Positions 1 through 12,080 of a stretch of 20,000 nt of DNA are shown here, in pieces; position 1 is the stretch's first letter; every line of letters starts with the position of its first letter. The notes under the pieces were generated by a model, which worked only from the letters and a program-made list of their open reading frames with translations, did not search any database and had not been told where the DNA came from. The position numbers were made by a program, and so were the translations under genes. The DNA is from Lama guanicoe (lineage: Eukaryota): assembly GCA_013239625.1 (NCBI GenBank), contig MU053196.1, forward strand, positions 308,970 through 328,969. Reading direction: 5' to 3'.

Positions 1-776
1 GCCTACTCCATGCTAGGTTCAATTCTAGGGCCCTGAGAATACACAGCAATGAATGGACAGATGAGGTAACTCTCCAAATACTTTAAAATTTAGCCCCATC
101 AGGTAAGAGGCAATAGGGAGAACCTGGAATAAGAAAAAGGAAACAATTTCCTGTCTCTTATTTTCCTAGACTTTCAAGCTACTTGGCAAAATAATGATTT
201 AAATAACAATCACTTCTTTCCATCAATTTCTTAAGACATGATCAGGCTTATTTCATGCTTACATGTTTGGTTTTATACTTCTTGTCAGGGCCCAAGTTGT
301 ATTAGCAATTTCTTAAAAGTACAAATAATAAAAATTAGATATAATGTTCACAGCTGAAATGAAGTTCATAATTATTTTCTACAAATCAAATGAAATATGA
401 AGAGTAACACTCAATCCCCTAATATCTTTGATTTTTATTTCATGCTCCTTGACAAAAGGCTTAAATCAAAAAAGAGAACATAAACAATCAGCTTAGTAAA
501 TAAATGCTAAAGCTTCCAGTTTCTGCAGCCATATATGACTTTTTTCTCCTACCAAATGAAAAAACTAACCCATGGCCAGCCCTTACTACATGTATAAAGA
601 GAGAATAAAGCTGCCCTCAAATTACAAAGCATAAATTCACGAAGGTCATGCAGAGTATCCAGGTTGTAATCCAAATGAATTTATTTTCTAGAACACATGA
701 TTTTACAATTCCCACTTGTGAAATAAAAATCGCAATTTCCAGAAGTACTCTGGGTGTCAGCACCTTCGTCACTGAC

Positions 777-980
777 CTTCTGTCCATATTGAGGTACATT
801 CTCTCCGCCTCCTCAAACCTGCCGAAGTAGGCAACCACCTCCGCCTGCTTCATGGACTCGCTCTGTAGGTTGCCCAGGCGCTTCACAAACTTAATGCCTT
901 GGTAATCCTTACAGAGCACGAATGCTTGCTCTGCAGTGTGCAAATCCAGCTTCTGAAGAGCTGCTTCAGCCAGCAGACGC
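777..980 (-). CDS. WDR35: WDR35 coding exon (~exon 20), 204 nt: (W)[67 protein letters not shown](R)
   Basis: tactaaag|GCGTCTG ... GACAGAAG|gtcagt; peptide in ORF 617..943. Confidence 0.96.
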
Positions 981-1303
981 CTTTAGTACAAAAGAACAGG
1001 AAAACATATGGCAAGTTACTGATAAAGAAGTCTCGAATCAGAATTCAATTATTACACCTGTTGTTTCTAGTGAACCATGGTGGGAAGTGGTTATTTTAAC
1101 ACATTTATCCATGTTCATATAATTTTATGCTTCTGTTGAGTACTTCCAAATCGAAACTGAATTTCTGTATTTTTAAAAGAACAAGAACGGAAGTCTACTC
1201 CCATCAGGAGGCTAGGATGAGTGCAGAGGAAGACAGAGCTGAGACCGTAAGGCTTACACCTGACATTTGGGGAGGTTTTTTTGTTGTTGAATTTTTTAAA
1301 TAC

Positions 1304-1440
1304 CAAAGTCGGGGGTGTGGATTGTCCTGTATGAATTGAGATGCATGTTGAATTCCAACATTTTCAATCAGTGCTCGGCTATCTCGCAGGGACTGAAGCT
1401 CAAAGTTAATGATATAATCCTTGTTCGGATGTTCTGGATT
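1304..1440 (-). CDS. WDR35: WDR35 coding exon (~exon 19), 137 nt: [45 protein letters not shown](W)
   Basis: actttcag|AATCCAGAA ... CGACTTTG|gtattt; phase 0/2. Confidence 0.95.
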
Positions 1441-1510
1441 CTGAAAGTAAAGGTGAAAAGAAAAAAAAAATCAAACTGTTCCCTGTAGAATATGTATTTC
1501 TTTTTTACAG

Positions 1511-1556
1511 TAAAAAACAAAACAAAACAAAACAGAAAAAAAACCAAAAAAAAAAC
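1511..1556 (+). repeat. (AAAAC)n / A-rich simple repeat
   Basis: AAAAAACAAAACAAAACAAAACAGAAAAAAAACCAAAAAAAAAAC. Confidence 0.85.
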
Positions 1557-1734
1557 AGGAACTGCATCATATTATGAGCAAAACCAGGGAGAAAAGAAAT
1601 TCCCATATATGAATCTTTTGAGTTATCTGGAAAACAGCCCCAACCCACAAGTCCTTCCTGAGGTTAAACGGGGACAGTGGTAGAAGGGGTCCCTCACAAT
1701 TATGCAGACTTGTTCAGATTCTTCCTTTGGACAA

Positions 1735-1815
1735 ATGGAATAATCAAACTTACTTCCAAGCATTGTGAGGACTAACTGAGAAAACATATCAAACATTTAG
1801 CACAGTGCCTAGCTG
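1735..1815 (+). mobile_element. MIR fragment
   Basis: AAATGGAATAAT...TTGTGAGGACTAACTGAGA...CATTTAGCACAGTGCCT. Confidence 0.55.
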
Positions 1816-2230
1816 CGTTACTCACATTATTTGCAGTCTCAGAACTGACCTCATGCTCTCTTGCTTCAAACCTTATAAGAGATACACCAACCAACTGAAC
1901 CACATCCCCAACCGTCTTCCGGTGGCTGAATGTCTTGTCCATCTCCCCAGCTCCTCTACTTGAGGCCAGAAACTGTCTCACTAGACCTCAATAAATATTT
2001 GCTGAGTCAACAAATAGATGAACTTTGGTTAAATATCTTACCCACTAAGAGTCTTCCTCATCTACAAATGAGGTCTGTGTAATATCTACCAAGTACAGTT
2101 GTAATGACAAACAAAAATATGCAAAGACAAATGAACACCTCATATGAAGGAACTTTAGTAAATGTTAATTCCCTTCTTTTCTTTTTGCATTCCTTCTCCA
2201 GTCTTCCAAGAAAGTTCTCATGTTATTTCT

Positions 2231-2296
2231 CTTTTTCCCCTATTTTACTGAGATATAATTGGCATACAACATTGCATTAGTTTTAGGTGTATAACA
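2231..2296 (-). mobile_element. Heavily 5'-truncated L1 3' terminus (66 bp) with a 14-bp TSD
   Basis: Minus strand TGTTATACACCTAAAACTAATGCAATGTTGTATGCCAATTATATCTCAGTAAAA; perfect direct repeat CTCATGTTATTTCT at 2217-2230 and 2297-2310. Confidence 0.8.
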
Positions 2297-3171
2297 CTCA
2301 TGTTATTTCTGAAAACTGTATGTCTGAAGGAATCCACAGTTTAGCTAAACAATTCCTGGGTCGACAAGGCCTCAGTGGGAACTAAGGTACGACAATATTC
2401 TTTTCTTTATGGCTTGGCACATAGTAAGTCAGAAAACAAAACTGTCAGAGAGAACTTGGTTTTCCTTACAGTTTAACAACTGCCTGTAAACTGGGCAACA
2501 GTACTATAGATATTCTTTACTCTAGAATTAGATATGCAAAAAATGTGTCCAGTGTATCAAGAATTTTAAAGTACATCTAACAATTTAAATATGCATTTTT
2601 AAAAATTCTTCATAAAAGTCAATACAATTATCAGGCCAACAATATCACAGGCATTTTTAAGCACTCATGTACAAAGAAAATGCAGGAAAAACTGGTAATA
2701 GCTGTCTCTTAATGTGACTCTAAATAACTGAAAATTAGGATTACAAAACAAAATGTCAAGTTCTAAATCTTGACAACATAAAAATAGTATGTCTAACAAA
2801 AAAGAAGAGAAAGAGGGAGAAAATGTAAGAACATCATCTTTTAGAATGGACAATCAACACTATTAAAAATGAAAATGTAGTTTAAAAGCAATAAACTTAG
2901 TTTTTCATAGTTTTTTCTTACCCAGAAAAATGTATTGTTTGTGGTGAGAAAAAATTACCTAATGTTCTACAATTCCTTCAAATATTGTCACATTATTAAA
3001 TTAAAATCAAATTTAACACTACAAAAGTAGATTGTACAGTGATGCCATTCTTATAAAATTATTTCCATTTATTTTTCTAGTCTATCAAATGTATCTTTCC
3101 ACATACAGGTTACTGCTTTCTAGAATACCGTTCTGGTGTTTACCTAATGTTAATCATTAAAACATCTAGAT

Positions 3172-3593
3172 TGCAATAAAACCTCAGACATTCCTTTCTG
3201 ATGTTTGACAGCTAACTTTTAAGCCTCATCCCTCCCCCTTCTTCTGCCTCACATCTGGGCAAGGTGATGAGAAAGAACAAGTGGTCCATTCTTTGGCGCC
3301 ACAGGAGTTTCAAAGCACACAGACATCTACGTACACATGGAAACTCTCACTCTAACCCCACCCTCTAACTCCCCCACCTCCCCAAAAAACCAAGCCAGTC
3401 TCCTTTCCCTGCTCTCAAACCATCTTTGGACCAGCTTGGGAAGCCTGTCCTTTCTCCCTTAAAAACCCCATTATGTAGGTAATATCTTCTTGCACCCTTC
3501 TGGTATGTCTGTAGTGTCATCACTCTTGACATGCAAACCAAGTTTAGGGTGGAAACCCATCCTGCTGCTGCAGAGCAGGCATGATTAGCGACA
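3172..3593 (+). mobile_element. Solo LTR, ERVL-type (MER54/MER74-like)
   Basis: GC-richer block with CACATCTGGGCAAG.TGAT.AGAAAG, CTTTGGCGCC, AAGCCAGTCTCCTTTCCCTGCTCTC, CATTATGT.GTAATA and TG...CA ends; family from memory; no clear TSD. Confidence 0.6.
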
Positions 3594-3990
3594 AACTGGT
3601 TCACAATAAGAGAGCTGCAATTTACATATAAACCAAAATATGAAGACATGCTATAAAATGCAGCTAATGTCTGGAAATTTTAAATCTATTCCAATTCCAA
3701 AAAACATACATGGTACATAGACAAGTAAATATTTAGATAAAGTGAAGGGAAATTTTCAATATATTCTTAAAGTAAAAAATTCTCAGAGAATGTTCAATGA
3801 AGGCCAAAGTAGAGATTCAAAAATTATCTGAATTCTATTATCTGGAATTAGAGTATTTTATGAAAACCTAAAAACAAAATGGGAGGATAATGGACCTCCA
3901 AACAAAAGGTTACTCAAATATCCCTGAACAAGAAAAAGACTAAAGAAAATTATCAAATATTTCTTCAGTATCTCTATTATTAATATAAAA

Positions 3991-4250
3991 ATAATGATGA
4001 CAACAACTACCTACCAGCTTTCAGTTCCTCCCACTGTGCTAAGTGCTTTTCATAAATTATCTTGTAAGATAACAATCGTATAAGATAGGTGCTATTACCA
4101 TCCACATTTTATAGAGGTAAACACTGAGGCTTATAAACAGGAAAGGAAAATGAAGGTGAAAAGATGAAGGAACCAGCAAAAAGGTTGTGTAAGTGACTGA
4201 GCAGGGCTGGAACTCCTCAATCCACACTCCTAACCAGGACACTGCACTGC
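3991..4250 (-). mobile_element. MIR SINE (degraded)
   Basis: CACTGTGCTAAGTGCTTT ... CATTTTATAGAGGTAAACACTGAGGCT, the antisense MIR core. Confidence 0.65.
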
Positions 4251-4271
4251 CCGGTGCAAAAATGAATCCTA

Positions 4272-4457
<186 letters not shown>

Positions 4458-4464
4458 TCATGAT

Positions 4465-4680
4465 TTTAAATTTTATTATCAAAGTTTTCAAAACAACAAA
4501 AAAGTAAAGAGAATGTCATTAACACCCATATACCCATCATCTAAATAATTAACATTTTGTTAAATACGCTTCAGTCAATTTTTTTGGCCAAAGTATTTTA
4601 AAGTAAATTTAGAGACATCATGAGATTTCACCCCTATTTCAGCACATACCTTTAAAAGAGAAGGATGTTCTCTTCTAAAT
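4465..4680 (-). mobile_element. Ancient L1 (L1MC/L1ME-like) 3' fragment
   Basis: AACACCCATATACCCATCATCTA...TTAACATTTTG...TATTTTAAAGTAAATT...GACATCATG...TTCACCCCTA. Confidence 0.45.
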
Positions 4681-6839
4681 AAGTAAGTATACATATATGG
4701 TGGGTACGGATTCAAAACTTTAGAAAACCCTGGTTTGGAAAAGAAGCAAATGTACAAAAATAAGAAACTAATTGATGAAAATACGAGATATGAAAGGACT
4801 ATGAATATAAAATAGCACCAAAGAGAGGGAAGATCTAAGACAAAGAATAAAAGAGCTGAATCAGTACCCTGAGAGGGTGACTGGAGATGAAAAGGATCAA
4901 GCAGGGAATAGCAACATTAAACACTTATTTTTTAATTTTCAAAGAAAATGTACTTTATCAATGAACTAGAACTTTGTAGACAAATGGCACCCTTTTCTCA
5001 CACATAATCTGAAGAAAGGTTTACAACTTAAGGAAAGGTATGACTCTAGAATTCATAGTAACACTCAAATGGATAAAAATATATTCAACATTAACCATCA
5101 AATAATAGCTTATCTCCTGAATAATAATAAAGAACACTGTGTCCTGAAGGAGTTCTAGTAAGCTCTGTTTTGAAGAGTATGTCCTCACATGCTCAGTCAA
5201 CAAGCAGCTGGAGGAATAAATAGCAGAGTAACTAACCAAGCAGGGACCACAGCCAGGCAGCGTTCTCATGAATGAAAAGAACAGCACAGCATGATTTATA
5301 AAGAAATTCAGTCAGTGGTAAGGTTATAAGAAATTCACCTAGTTCTAAATCTAATAGAAACTGAAGAACTTCCCAAGCCAGACAACAAACTCCGAAAATA
5401 AATAAATAAAAGGCTGTTTTGTTAAACTACTCAAGGAATGCTTTCCACCAGGCTAAGATTTCCCCTGGTACTAGATTAACCATGTGTGCTACATACACAT
5501 TATGGACAGCCAGGCATAATCCTCTCCCTTTCCTAGGCATATGGTTTCAGAATTACTATAAGTAGAGCCAAGGATGGAAAAAGGACCCTAACAGTCAGAA
5601 AGTATTTTACTTCCATCCTCAAGGTGATCTCAAGGGATAATTTTCATACTTGTTTTGTAGCAAGGGTCAAATTTCCCTCAGATCCTTGAAAGCAGCCTAT
5701 GCATACGGGTCAAATGCAGCAGCCCTGAACACCTTTCTTTTGAGCCATTCCCCAGGCTCTAAAAATTACAAAAATTCTTAAGACTCCTAAAAACTTCAAC
5801 AAAAGCCTTTGAGAGCAATTTACATAAGGTCATTTACTAACCCAAAGATTCTGAGTAGGGCTCAAAAGAGGAAACATGAAAATAATTTAGGATATTAAAG
5901 AGGCAAATAGTTTACCACTAAATAAGTCATTACAGAAGACCTTCAGTAGCTCAGGGGCCCAAGCAAGCAATTTCTTCCCAAGAAGGAAACTATAGGTCCA
6001 AACAAACATCAATTAATGACATAAAGCATTTATCAAGTCATCTCTTATTATGCACAGTAGTGGAATATAGCAGGAGTACTAAAAATTCCAATCTGAAAAT
6101 CCACTAATAATTCAAAAATTGTTTAAAAGATTTACTTTCTTAATGCTGTTTTGATTAGGCTACCACTCAGATGATTCTGAATTTCCTAAACACAACATCT
6201 AACGGCTGATACAGAGCAGACTAAGTGGCAGGAAAATTCAGAGGCTAAAAATTAGCTGATGTGAGCCACAAGTAGAAAATAAAACTGTAACTTGAAAATC
6301 AGTGAAAAAGGGGCTTCTTGATACCTCAGAGAACGTAGGCGAGGCACAGTAAGACCATCAGGGTGAGGAAGAACATGGGTTAGTGGGTGACAGACTTCAT
6401 GTGAACACAAATAAGACAAGGTAAGCACAGAATAAGGTGGACAGAAAGGCAGAAGTATGAAAAGATAAGGCAATTTCAAAACTACATTTTTTGTTTGGGC
6501 AATTTCAGTAAATAATACTATTTTCTTCCTTTCTTTTTTTTTTCACTTTAACAAGGGAAAAAACAAAGGCTATACAGTTGGTGACCATGGTTCCATCTTT
6601 TAAAAAGGAGAGAAATATTTAGAAGCGTCTTTCAGAGAAAGTAGAGAATCTTTAAAGGATAAATATTATTCCCACTTAAGACCAAATATTTTTAAATTCC
6701 ACAGAAATGTTTCTATTTATTTTTAGAAATTCATGGAGCCAACACCAATAAACCTCTTGAAGAAACAAAGGGGAAATGTCCAGGTTTTGATATTTGGCTC
6801 ATTATTTATGCACTGTTAATGCTCATTTCTTGTTTTTAC

Positions 6840-7050
6840 CTCAGGATCCAAGTTTCTGAAAACATACATCCTTGTCCTCTCCATCATTGCAAACAGATCA
6901 GGATTATCTCTGGCCCAATTCATATCCCAGACATTTTTTCGCTCCAATTTTAACAACTCGCCAGTGACTTGCTGTCCTGTGCTGTCTCTTACCCGAGCAT
7001 CCAAGTCAAAGAAGGTTAGAACTGCTGCGGTGTCTATGATTGCAAGACGA
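6840..7050 (-). CDS. WDR35: WDR35 coding exon (~exon 17), 211 nt: (S)[70 protein letters not shown]
   Basis: atttgtag|TCGTCTT ... CCTGAG|gtaaaa; peptide within ORF 6816..7106. Confidence 0.96.
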
Positions 7051-7531
7051 CTACAAATGGTGAAATTGGAGAAGGGGAAAATTGTGAAAGTGCTACCAGC
7101 GATCATGAATATAATTACCTACCACCATGCTTCAAAATTAGTTCATCAGAACCTGAGAATCAGGGAGAAACGGCTTTAAATAAATAACTGGCTTTAAACA
7201 CATGTTTATAAATTTGATAGAAGATGTGGGCTGCTTTCCATTTTGCTTCCGTGTGAGAAAAAAATATCCAAAGGGATTAAAGCAATTGGTGTGTAAATAT
7301 GTTAAAATATTACACTAGAATTTCTGTATTTTGCCCAGTTAGAGAAAGATATCTAAACTAAACATAGTATAGTGAATACAATGTTTAAATACAAACACAG
7401 TATAGTAAAGTCACATTGAGCTTTATTAAGTTGAAAACAAACACACGTCTTTGCATTTATTACATAAGTGCAGCAATCCCAACGAATAACCTCTAAGTCC
7501 AACACCTAAGTGAGGGAAGTTTTCAGACTTA

Positions 7532-7642
<111 letters not shown>

Positions 7643-8747
7643 CTATGGAAAATATGTTTGATTATGAAAGCATATTTAAACATCATAATATTATATTACA
7701 ACTACAGGTCTCCCTATATGTTCATAGAACTGTTTCAAAGCCAAAGTGATGGTGTCATAGTGAATTCCCAATTCCATACTTAGAAATATGTTCTGAGTAC
7801 ATATTTACCTCTTAATTTAATTAAAGCCTTTTTAAAGTAGCTGAAGGTGATCTAATTTTTTAAATGTAACATTCAAGAAAGAAATCAGAAACCTATTCTT
7901 TGATAATATACAAAGCTTTCTATCACAAGGAAGAAATATCTAAGGTTATTTACAGTTGTCTTGGCTAATATTCAGGGTATATTAAAAGCTAAAATATAAA
8001 GCACTTATATGAAACATCAATATAAGATCATTATAGGAAACAGTTGTTACTGAAAGTCTACATTTTTCTCCTACGCCATCTATGTGATACTAGTTTGTGG
8101 CAAAGGGAGATGATCAGAAAGCAGTGATACAATGAGTATTAGTCTAAATATGCTTAAAAATAAAACAGAGCATAAGTTTCTATGCAACTCTGTACAAGCC
8201 TTAAGGTTGACAGACCAAGAGTTAGAGCAACAGACAGGAAAGAGCTATGATTTCCAAACCCTGCTGTGCCTCAGGCCATGGCAATGGGAAAAAGTGCAAG
8301 GCTGCATTCAGCCATCCCTTCCCACCCTCCGCCCGCCCCGGTCTAAACCGAGCATCACTGCTCTTGCAGCGTCTGCAGAGGGCCTATCAGAAAGGCTGGG
8401 GAGAGTGGGGGTGGTCAGGAGTGGGGACGTTTTTAATGTATAAAAGGGAGGTATAGTCTTTAAAAGAGTTAATATGCTGAGGTACACAGTAAGATTTTTT
8501 TTTTGAAAAAGGGGGTCCTGTGGTCTTAAAAGGTTGAAAAAGTAATGGTTCTAAAAACCATTTGAATTTCAAAAGTGGAAAGTTTTAAATGCAGAAGATA
8601 TCTTTTCCATTAAAATTTTTGGCTGGTATTAAAACTATTGGAGTGTGTTTCTCATAGGTACACCCTGTCATCTAGGAATTAAGTCAATTTTTGTGACTGA
8701 TTTGACTTGCATGTTTTTTGATTTTTCCTGCACATGTCAGAAACACA

Positions 8748-8787
8748 ACACAACCAAAACAAACCAAAACAAAACAAAACAAAACAA
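8748..8787 (+). repeat. (AAAAC)n simple repeat
   Basis: ACAACCAAAACAAACCAAAACAAAACAAAACAAAACAA. Confidence 0.85.
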
Positions 8788-9519
8788 GAGATTCCTCAGA
8801 TCTGATTGTAAGATAAACTGCTTAAAACATACACCATCATTAGGTGAGGAATAATGAACACTACGTTCTTAAGATTTTCCCCCCATAAACTTAGCTAATG
8901 TCTAAAGAATGTAAGTAGAACTGGAAATACACACTATCAAGGATCTGTTTACATAATTCAAATTCAGTGACTCCACCAGCATTACTACATTAAACATTTA
9001 TTTCTAAAATTAATATTTTTAAATATCAGAGCTCAAGAAAAGACACTGTAACATTGATACATTGATTTTGTTTGAAAAATTCAACAAAAATTTGCCACAG
9101 ACTTACTTTACTTTACTGGCTAGCAAACACATTACCTCCTCATTCTAAGCCTTGTGAAACTGACTGAGCCAAAGCACCTTCTCCGGTACAAACTAACAGG
9201 CCACATAAAGGAGGCAACTTTCCAAGACCCACTACCACCATCCAGTCCTCTCCAAATCTGCCAACCCTTTACAGGGCTCATTCAAACCACTGTCACACAC
9301 TCCCCAGCTGGCCACAGTTCTACTGCTTTTATAAACTGCTATTTCTGCAAATGATTAATAATTTGTGAGGCAATCTTTAAAACGTTCTTATTTCTTATGT
9401 TGGACGTAGTAAAACTGGAGGCACCCAAAGATGAAATTCAAATCCAAAACATACTGCTTTATTCTATTTTTACAATTTAAACAATTCTCATTCATAGGGT
9501 AATTTTTTTAACAACTTAC

Positions 9520-9573
9520 CACAATCAATGTCTTATCAGATGCAGTTATGGCACAAATTGGATCCCTTGTTCC
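9520..9573 (-). CDS. WDR35: WDR35 coding exon (~exon 15), 54 nt: GTRDPICAITASDKTLIV
   Basis: attttag|GGAACAAGG ... ATTGTG|gtaagt; phase 0/0. Confidence 0.95.
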
Positions 9574-9596
9574 CTAAAATAAATCAATGTTACTCT

Positions 9597-9800
9597 TTAA
9601 CAAATATTTATTGAATGACTAATCTGGTATAAGGTAGTATGAAATTCACTAAGAAGAATACTTCAACTATAGCATCTAAGTATAGAAATCTCTGCCCTCA
9701 GGAATTACTCAAAGTCTACTGGGGAAGACAGTGGACTGACATCTAAAGACAGCGCAGTATGGTAAGAGGAGAGGTAAACTCAGGAGTTATGAGAGCACAG
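9597..9800 (-). mobile_element. L2 3' end fragment, antisense
   Basis: AACAAATATTTATTGAATG ... TCTCTGCCCTCAGGAATT...AAGTCTACTGGGGAAGACAG. Confidence 0.5.
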
Positions 9801-9983
9801 AGGGAGGAGCATAAGCTTACACCAAAATGTGAAGAGAGGTAAAAGCCTGGGCTTAGCTGTAGAAGACGAACATTTGGCAGAAGGACCAGCACGTGCCAGA
9901 ACGAGGAGGGGCAAACGGCACAGCTCTGTACAACCTGGATGGGTCTCTAGGGTTTTTTTGGTTTTGGTTTTGGGTTTTTTGGA

Positions 9984-10392
9984 GAAAAAAGCCAATCTCA
10001 AAAGATTACATGCTATATGGTTCCATTCATAAAACATTCTCAGAGTGACAAAACTATAGAGATGGAAACAGATTAGTGACTGCCAGGGGACAGGGATGGG
10101 GGTGGAGAGGGTGTGGAAATGAAGAAGCATGAGGCAAGTTCCTTTATGGTGATAAAGTTACATAAACCTACGTGTAAAAACTAGTGAAAACTGAGTAACG
10201 AACTGGGTCATAGTCTAGTTAACAGCACCATTACCAATGTCGACTTCCTGCTTTTGATGTTATCCTCCCATTACATGCCACCATTGAGAGAATCTGGGTA
10301 AAGGGGTTCTATGCGCTATTTTTGCAACTTCTTGTGAGCCTATGATTATGTCAAAATAAATTTTTGTTTTAAAAACCAAAAGAAGAAAAAAA
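9984..10392 (+). mobile_element. L1 (L1MB/L1MC-like) 3' end with A-rich tail
   Basis: AAAAAGCCAATCTCAAAAGATTACATGCTATATGGTTCCATT ... ACAAAACTATAGAGATGGAAAACAGATTAGTG ... TTTGCAACTTCTTGTGAG ... AAAATAAA, typical of old L1 3' UTRs. Confidence 0.8.
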
Positions 10393-10526
10393 TCAGCAGA
10401 TCTAGAAAAAGTTTTACAGAATAGAAATTTTTGAAAGAATTACTAGAATAATATGCTATTCACTGGAAATAATTTTTTTTCTGGTCTCAAAATAAAACTA
10501 CAGTATTTCCAAATCTACGGATATTA

Positions 10527-10646
<120 letters not shown>

Positions 10647-11174
10647 TCAATGACAGTATAAGGAAGATTTTTTACTATTCATGATCTCTAGGACAATTAA
10701 AGGATTGGATGACACCAATGAATATTGTTATTTAATACAAATATCTTGATTATTTTAAACAGTTCTTGGCCCAGCTCAATCTTATAAAGGCAGAAACTAT
10801 CTACAAGGTGTTTACTAGTTATGTGAGTGCCATGTTCCTAAAGGCTGTGCCAAAAATACACCTGGACGCTGAATCACATATTTCCAGTGAACCGCAGTAA
10901 GTCCCAAGAGATATCTTCCCTTAGTCTCCAAATGAACACCAGTTAGCAGTAACTTCCAATGCACTAAGTTACTCTGTTGCTTCTCCATAATCTCCCTCCT
11001 GTCGCTGTGCTCACTCAAGGTAGAACTGAAGTGTACTCAGGAAGCTCTAACGAATGGAATTTTTGTTCTGAAGTAAAGAATCCTCCCCTGCGCTTACCGG
11101 GTTATGCAGCTGCCCCACCTTGTGCACCATCTCTCGGGCACCTGTGTGGTACTGCTTACACTGCAGTATCACTG

Positions 11175-11300
11175 CTAGTGTCCTTGTCTCTCCCACTAGA
11201 TGGTGGTTTTCCTGGAGGCAAAGACTGCATCTCCAGTGCCTGCCACACAGTGTCAGGGGCTCTATAATGGCTGATGAAAAAAATACTAAAATGAATGGAG
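11175..11300 (+). mobile_element. L2 3' end fragment
   Basis: TGTCTCTCCCACTAGA...CCTGGAGGCAAAGACTG...CCAGTGCCTGCCACACAG...AATGAATG. Confidence 0.5.
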
Positions 11301-11327
11301 GTGAATAGAGAAGACATATCATAGAAA

Positions 11328-11500
11328 TGCTATGAGGCCCTGGGCAAGTTATTTAACGTCTCTGAGATGCAATTTCTCCATCTGTAAAATAAGGTTAACA
11401 ATTTCCCCTTTGCAGAGTTTTTGAGAAGCAGAAATAAAATGTTTCTAAAGCACACATGCACAGAGCCTGATATATAAAGGGAGTTTAAGAAATTATAGTT
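11328..11500 (+). mobile_element. MIR SINE
   Basis: CTGGGCAAGTTATTTAACGTCTCTGAGATGCAATTTCTCCATCTGTAAAATAAGG, the MIR core. Confidence 0.75.
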
Positions 11501-11854
11501 GCAGTATAACCACACGAAAATCAAGTCATTTTCTATCTTTAATATATGAAATTTTGTCATTGTTAAATTGATGTCACATTTGTACTTTCATCAGTGTAAT
11601 AGGGAGATCAAATGTCAAATAAATGTAATAGAAATGTATTAAATACAGAGAGGTATATCAATTTAGAAGTACCAAGTTTCTGCTTTCTAATACATTTCTT
11701 TTAAGTACAAACATAATATTTCTACTTAGTTATCACAAAATAAAAGTCGAAGGTTAAAATAGGAGTCTCTCAAAAGATCGTGTGACCCACATCCTTTCCT
11801 TAAAACAAGCAGGAAACCACAAGGAAGGCCAATCTGGCAGAGTGGCTCCATGTC

Positions 11855-12005
11855 CCATCCCTCCTTATCAGCTGGTAACCTCTGGCAAGTCATTTAAGTC
11901 TCTGTGTCTCAGTTTCCTCTCTGTGAAACAGGAATAATCAGAGTCCTAACTAGACTTACCAGAGTCTGGCACATAAGAAGTACTCAGTCAGTGCTGGCTC
12001 TGATC
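11855..12005 (+). mobile_element. MIR SINE
   Basis: GGCAAGTCATTTAAGTCTCTGTGTCTCAGTTTCCTCTCTGTGAAACAGGAATAAT ... CTGGCACATAAGAAGTACTCA. Confidence 0.75.
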
Positions 12006-12017
12006 ACCATCGTCAAC

Positions 12018-12080
12018 TGTATCTTACAGACAGGGAAACTGAGGTCCAGAGGGAACGGACTCAAAGTCATTAAAACTAGT
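12018..12080 (-). mobile_element. MIR fragment, antisense
   Basis: TTACAGACAGGGAAACTGAGGTCCAGAG. Confidence 0.55.

Noticed and set aside
617..776. C-terminal part of ORF 617..943 ([10 protein letters not shown]...)
   Set aside because: Read-through into the intron past the GT donor at 776; WDR35 similarity stops at MDRR
7360..7410. Short direct repeat AAACAYAGTATAGT (two copies)
   Set aside because: Two copies in AT-rich intron; consistent with a local slippage duplication, not an array or CRISPR-like structure
10086..10111. G4-like motif GGGGACAGGGATGGGGGTGGAGAGGG
   Set aside because: Lies in the ordinary G-rich segment of an L1 3' UTR
9780..10130. 116-aa ORF, the longest non-WDR35 ORF, and the other short ORFs in the track
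   Set aside because: They overlap L1, L2, MIR or LTR remnants or low-complexity DNA, or are antisense shadows of exons; no recognisable domains
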